From: Fimbriosthenelais zetlandica
Taxonomy: Eukaryota
Length of the DNA: 64,000 bases
NCBI GenBank assembly: GCA_977030845.1
Contig: OZ365115.1
Coordinates: 7,130,001-7,194,000, forward strand
Reading direction: 5' to 3'
The notes beneath the pieces were generated by a model. The model had not been told where the DNA came from and did no database searches. It was given only the letters and a program-made list of their open reading frames with translations. Each line of letters starts with the position of its first letter. The first letter of the stretch is position 1. Of the stretch, positions 62,544 through 64,000 are shown piece after piece. The translations under genes and the position numbers were made by a program.

Positions 62544-62932
62544 ACGTCGTGTCAAGTGTTCCTGGCCCGTGGGAATAAACCTACAAGGCCTAAGTACAAG
62601 TAATACTCCCATCAGGAATTGGAGTCAGAGTGGCAGTGCTAGCCTTCCCTTTTTCGACTGTATATGGATCCACGTTGTTTTTTTTGAGGAGATAAACTTC
62701 AGAGTGGAATATGTTATATTTAGATTTTCCATCACAGTGCTTGCTGTTTTGGCGGGAGTCTGCATTTGGGCGGGAGATCTGCTTTTCAGACAGAATCAGT
62801 GCAGCCACCTGGTGTTTTCAACTAGCGTCAGTAGTAGTAGGGCCTGGCTCATGTATGGATTTGTACTGATAAAACACCAGGAGCCAGCATCGTAGCATCC
62901 CTACCTGAATGTAGAGTATGAGAGACAAAATA

Positions 62933-63145
62933 TAGGGGAGATCAGGACCCGTTGTAACATTTTTCACTTTTGGCGTTATATCTCCCATCAACTATTGAAA
63001 AGCATACAGTCATAAGAACCACGATAGGCTATGATAAAGGACAGGGGCTTAATTATTATATGCGAGAGTAGACAACTTGTCTATTTTTCCATAGGGGCAG
63101 GTTGGAACATGGGGGCAGGTTTTAACATGGGGGCAGGTTGTGTTA
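62933..63145 (+). mobile_element. Left end of a probable Tc1/mariner (pogo-type) non-autonomous element with internal 18-bp subterminal repeats
   Basis: TA|GGGGAGATCAGGACCCGTTGTAACA terminus, then GGGGCAGGTT(G/T)..AACATG three times at 63094, 63112 and 63130. I did not find the right-hand TIR, so the family call is from recollected resemblance only. Confidence 0.45.
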
Positions 63146-63671
63146 TTTTTCAATGTGCCCCGGTGGATATATTTCAATGAACGCAACCCTCTTCAATCAT
63201 TTTGATAATTGAAGGGGTCATTTTAAGATTTGTAGAAATACGTAAAGTTAATAACAGGCATATCATGAAATTAATGGTATGTATGTGCAAATGAAGTTGA
63301 TTATATACTTCACTTCACTGCTGTTCTGCATTCATGAGGACCTTGCCAATAACGGGTCTGTACCTATCACTTTTCAGATTTTTTTTCACTAAATTTCGAA
63401 ACAAGATATATTCATCCTCCATCCATTGTTCTCTTCTGGTGATTTGTCATATTTATTGGCTTGAATGTGCACGAGGAAACATATTGACCATAATTGCAGC
63501 ATGAAGAATGTGTGTACCTCCAACCTTGAGCATTACAGTGGCAGGTCAGCAAAAATCGATGATGCATGTCGTGCACGTGTGCTACGTCTGATGATGTCAT
63601 GGGTCTAGACACGCAGATATTGATGATGTCACAGCACAAATTGATGACTTAATATGTTGCGAAGGTAGATT

Positions 63672-63685
63672 CCAGCAGATGGCGA
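63672..63685 (+). promoter_or_regulatory. CTCF motif, forward orientation
   Basis: CCAGCAGATGGCGA matches 13/14 of CCASYAGRKGGCRS, in a CpG-rich patch. Confidence 0.5.
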
Positions 63686-64000
63686 CGCGCTACTGAAGCG
63701 AAAGTTCAATATGGTTCAGACGATCTGTGGCGCATAGCTTAATACTCATTTAAGGAACATTTAATACTGTATTTAACCAACACGATTGCTCAGAAATTTC
63801 TAGAGACAATTTCCAAATTAACATGGCTCCTTTATCTCCTAAGAAAGTACTTAACAATTAATCATTACGATCTGGATCTAGAAACAAATCCCACGAGACT
63901 TATAATCTATTTAATCATCGTATCCATTATAAAAAATGAACGCCCTGTTATTTAATTTTACATGTATTAATTTACATGCATTTAATGATTAATTTAAGGG

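Overview
Animal nuclear DNA, AT-rich, with spliceosomal introns. An invertebrate deuterostome is my best guess, but this is weak inference. I can support three protein-coding genes. (1) An RBM47/A1CF/RBM46-family triple-RRM gene on the minus strand, running off the left edge of the window. (2) A complete 8-exon ZCCHC17 (pNO40; S1 domain plus CCHC knuckle) on the minus strand, reconstructed by hand with every exon phase consistent. (3) An alpha2-adrenergic-like class A GPCR at 56290-57987 (+), intronless through TM7. Just upstream of ZCCHC17 are four head-to-tail tRNA-headed, SINE-like units carrying Pol III A/B boxes, bracketed by divergent CTCF-like motifs. A CpG-rich putative first exon follows on the + strand, and then about 48 kb with no recognisable coding sequence. 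That stretch holds a 509-bp foldback transposon (Kolobok-like), other TE remnants, candidate non-coding exons and clusters of transcription-factor motifs. I found no CRISPR array, rRNA or functional tRNA. All motif and structure calls were made by eye and are untested. I cannot claim a proven new system. The best leads are the SINE/B-box/CTCF boundary cluster, a TATA-Inr promoter inside the RBM47-like intron, the possible 48-kb non-coding leader and the truncated helix 8 of the GPCR.
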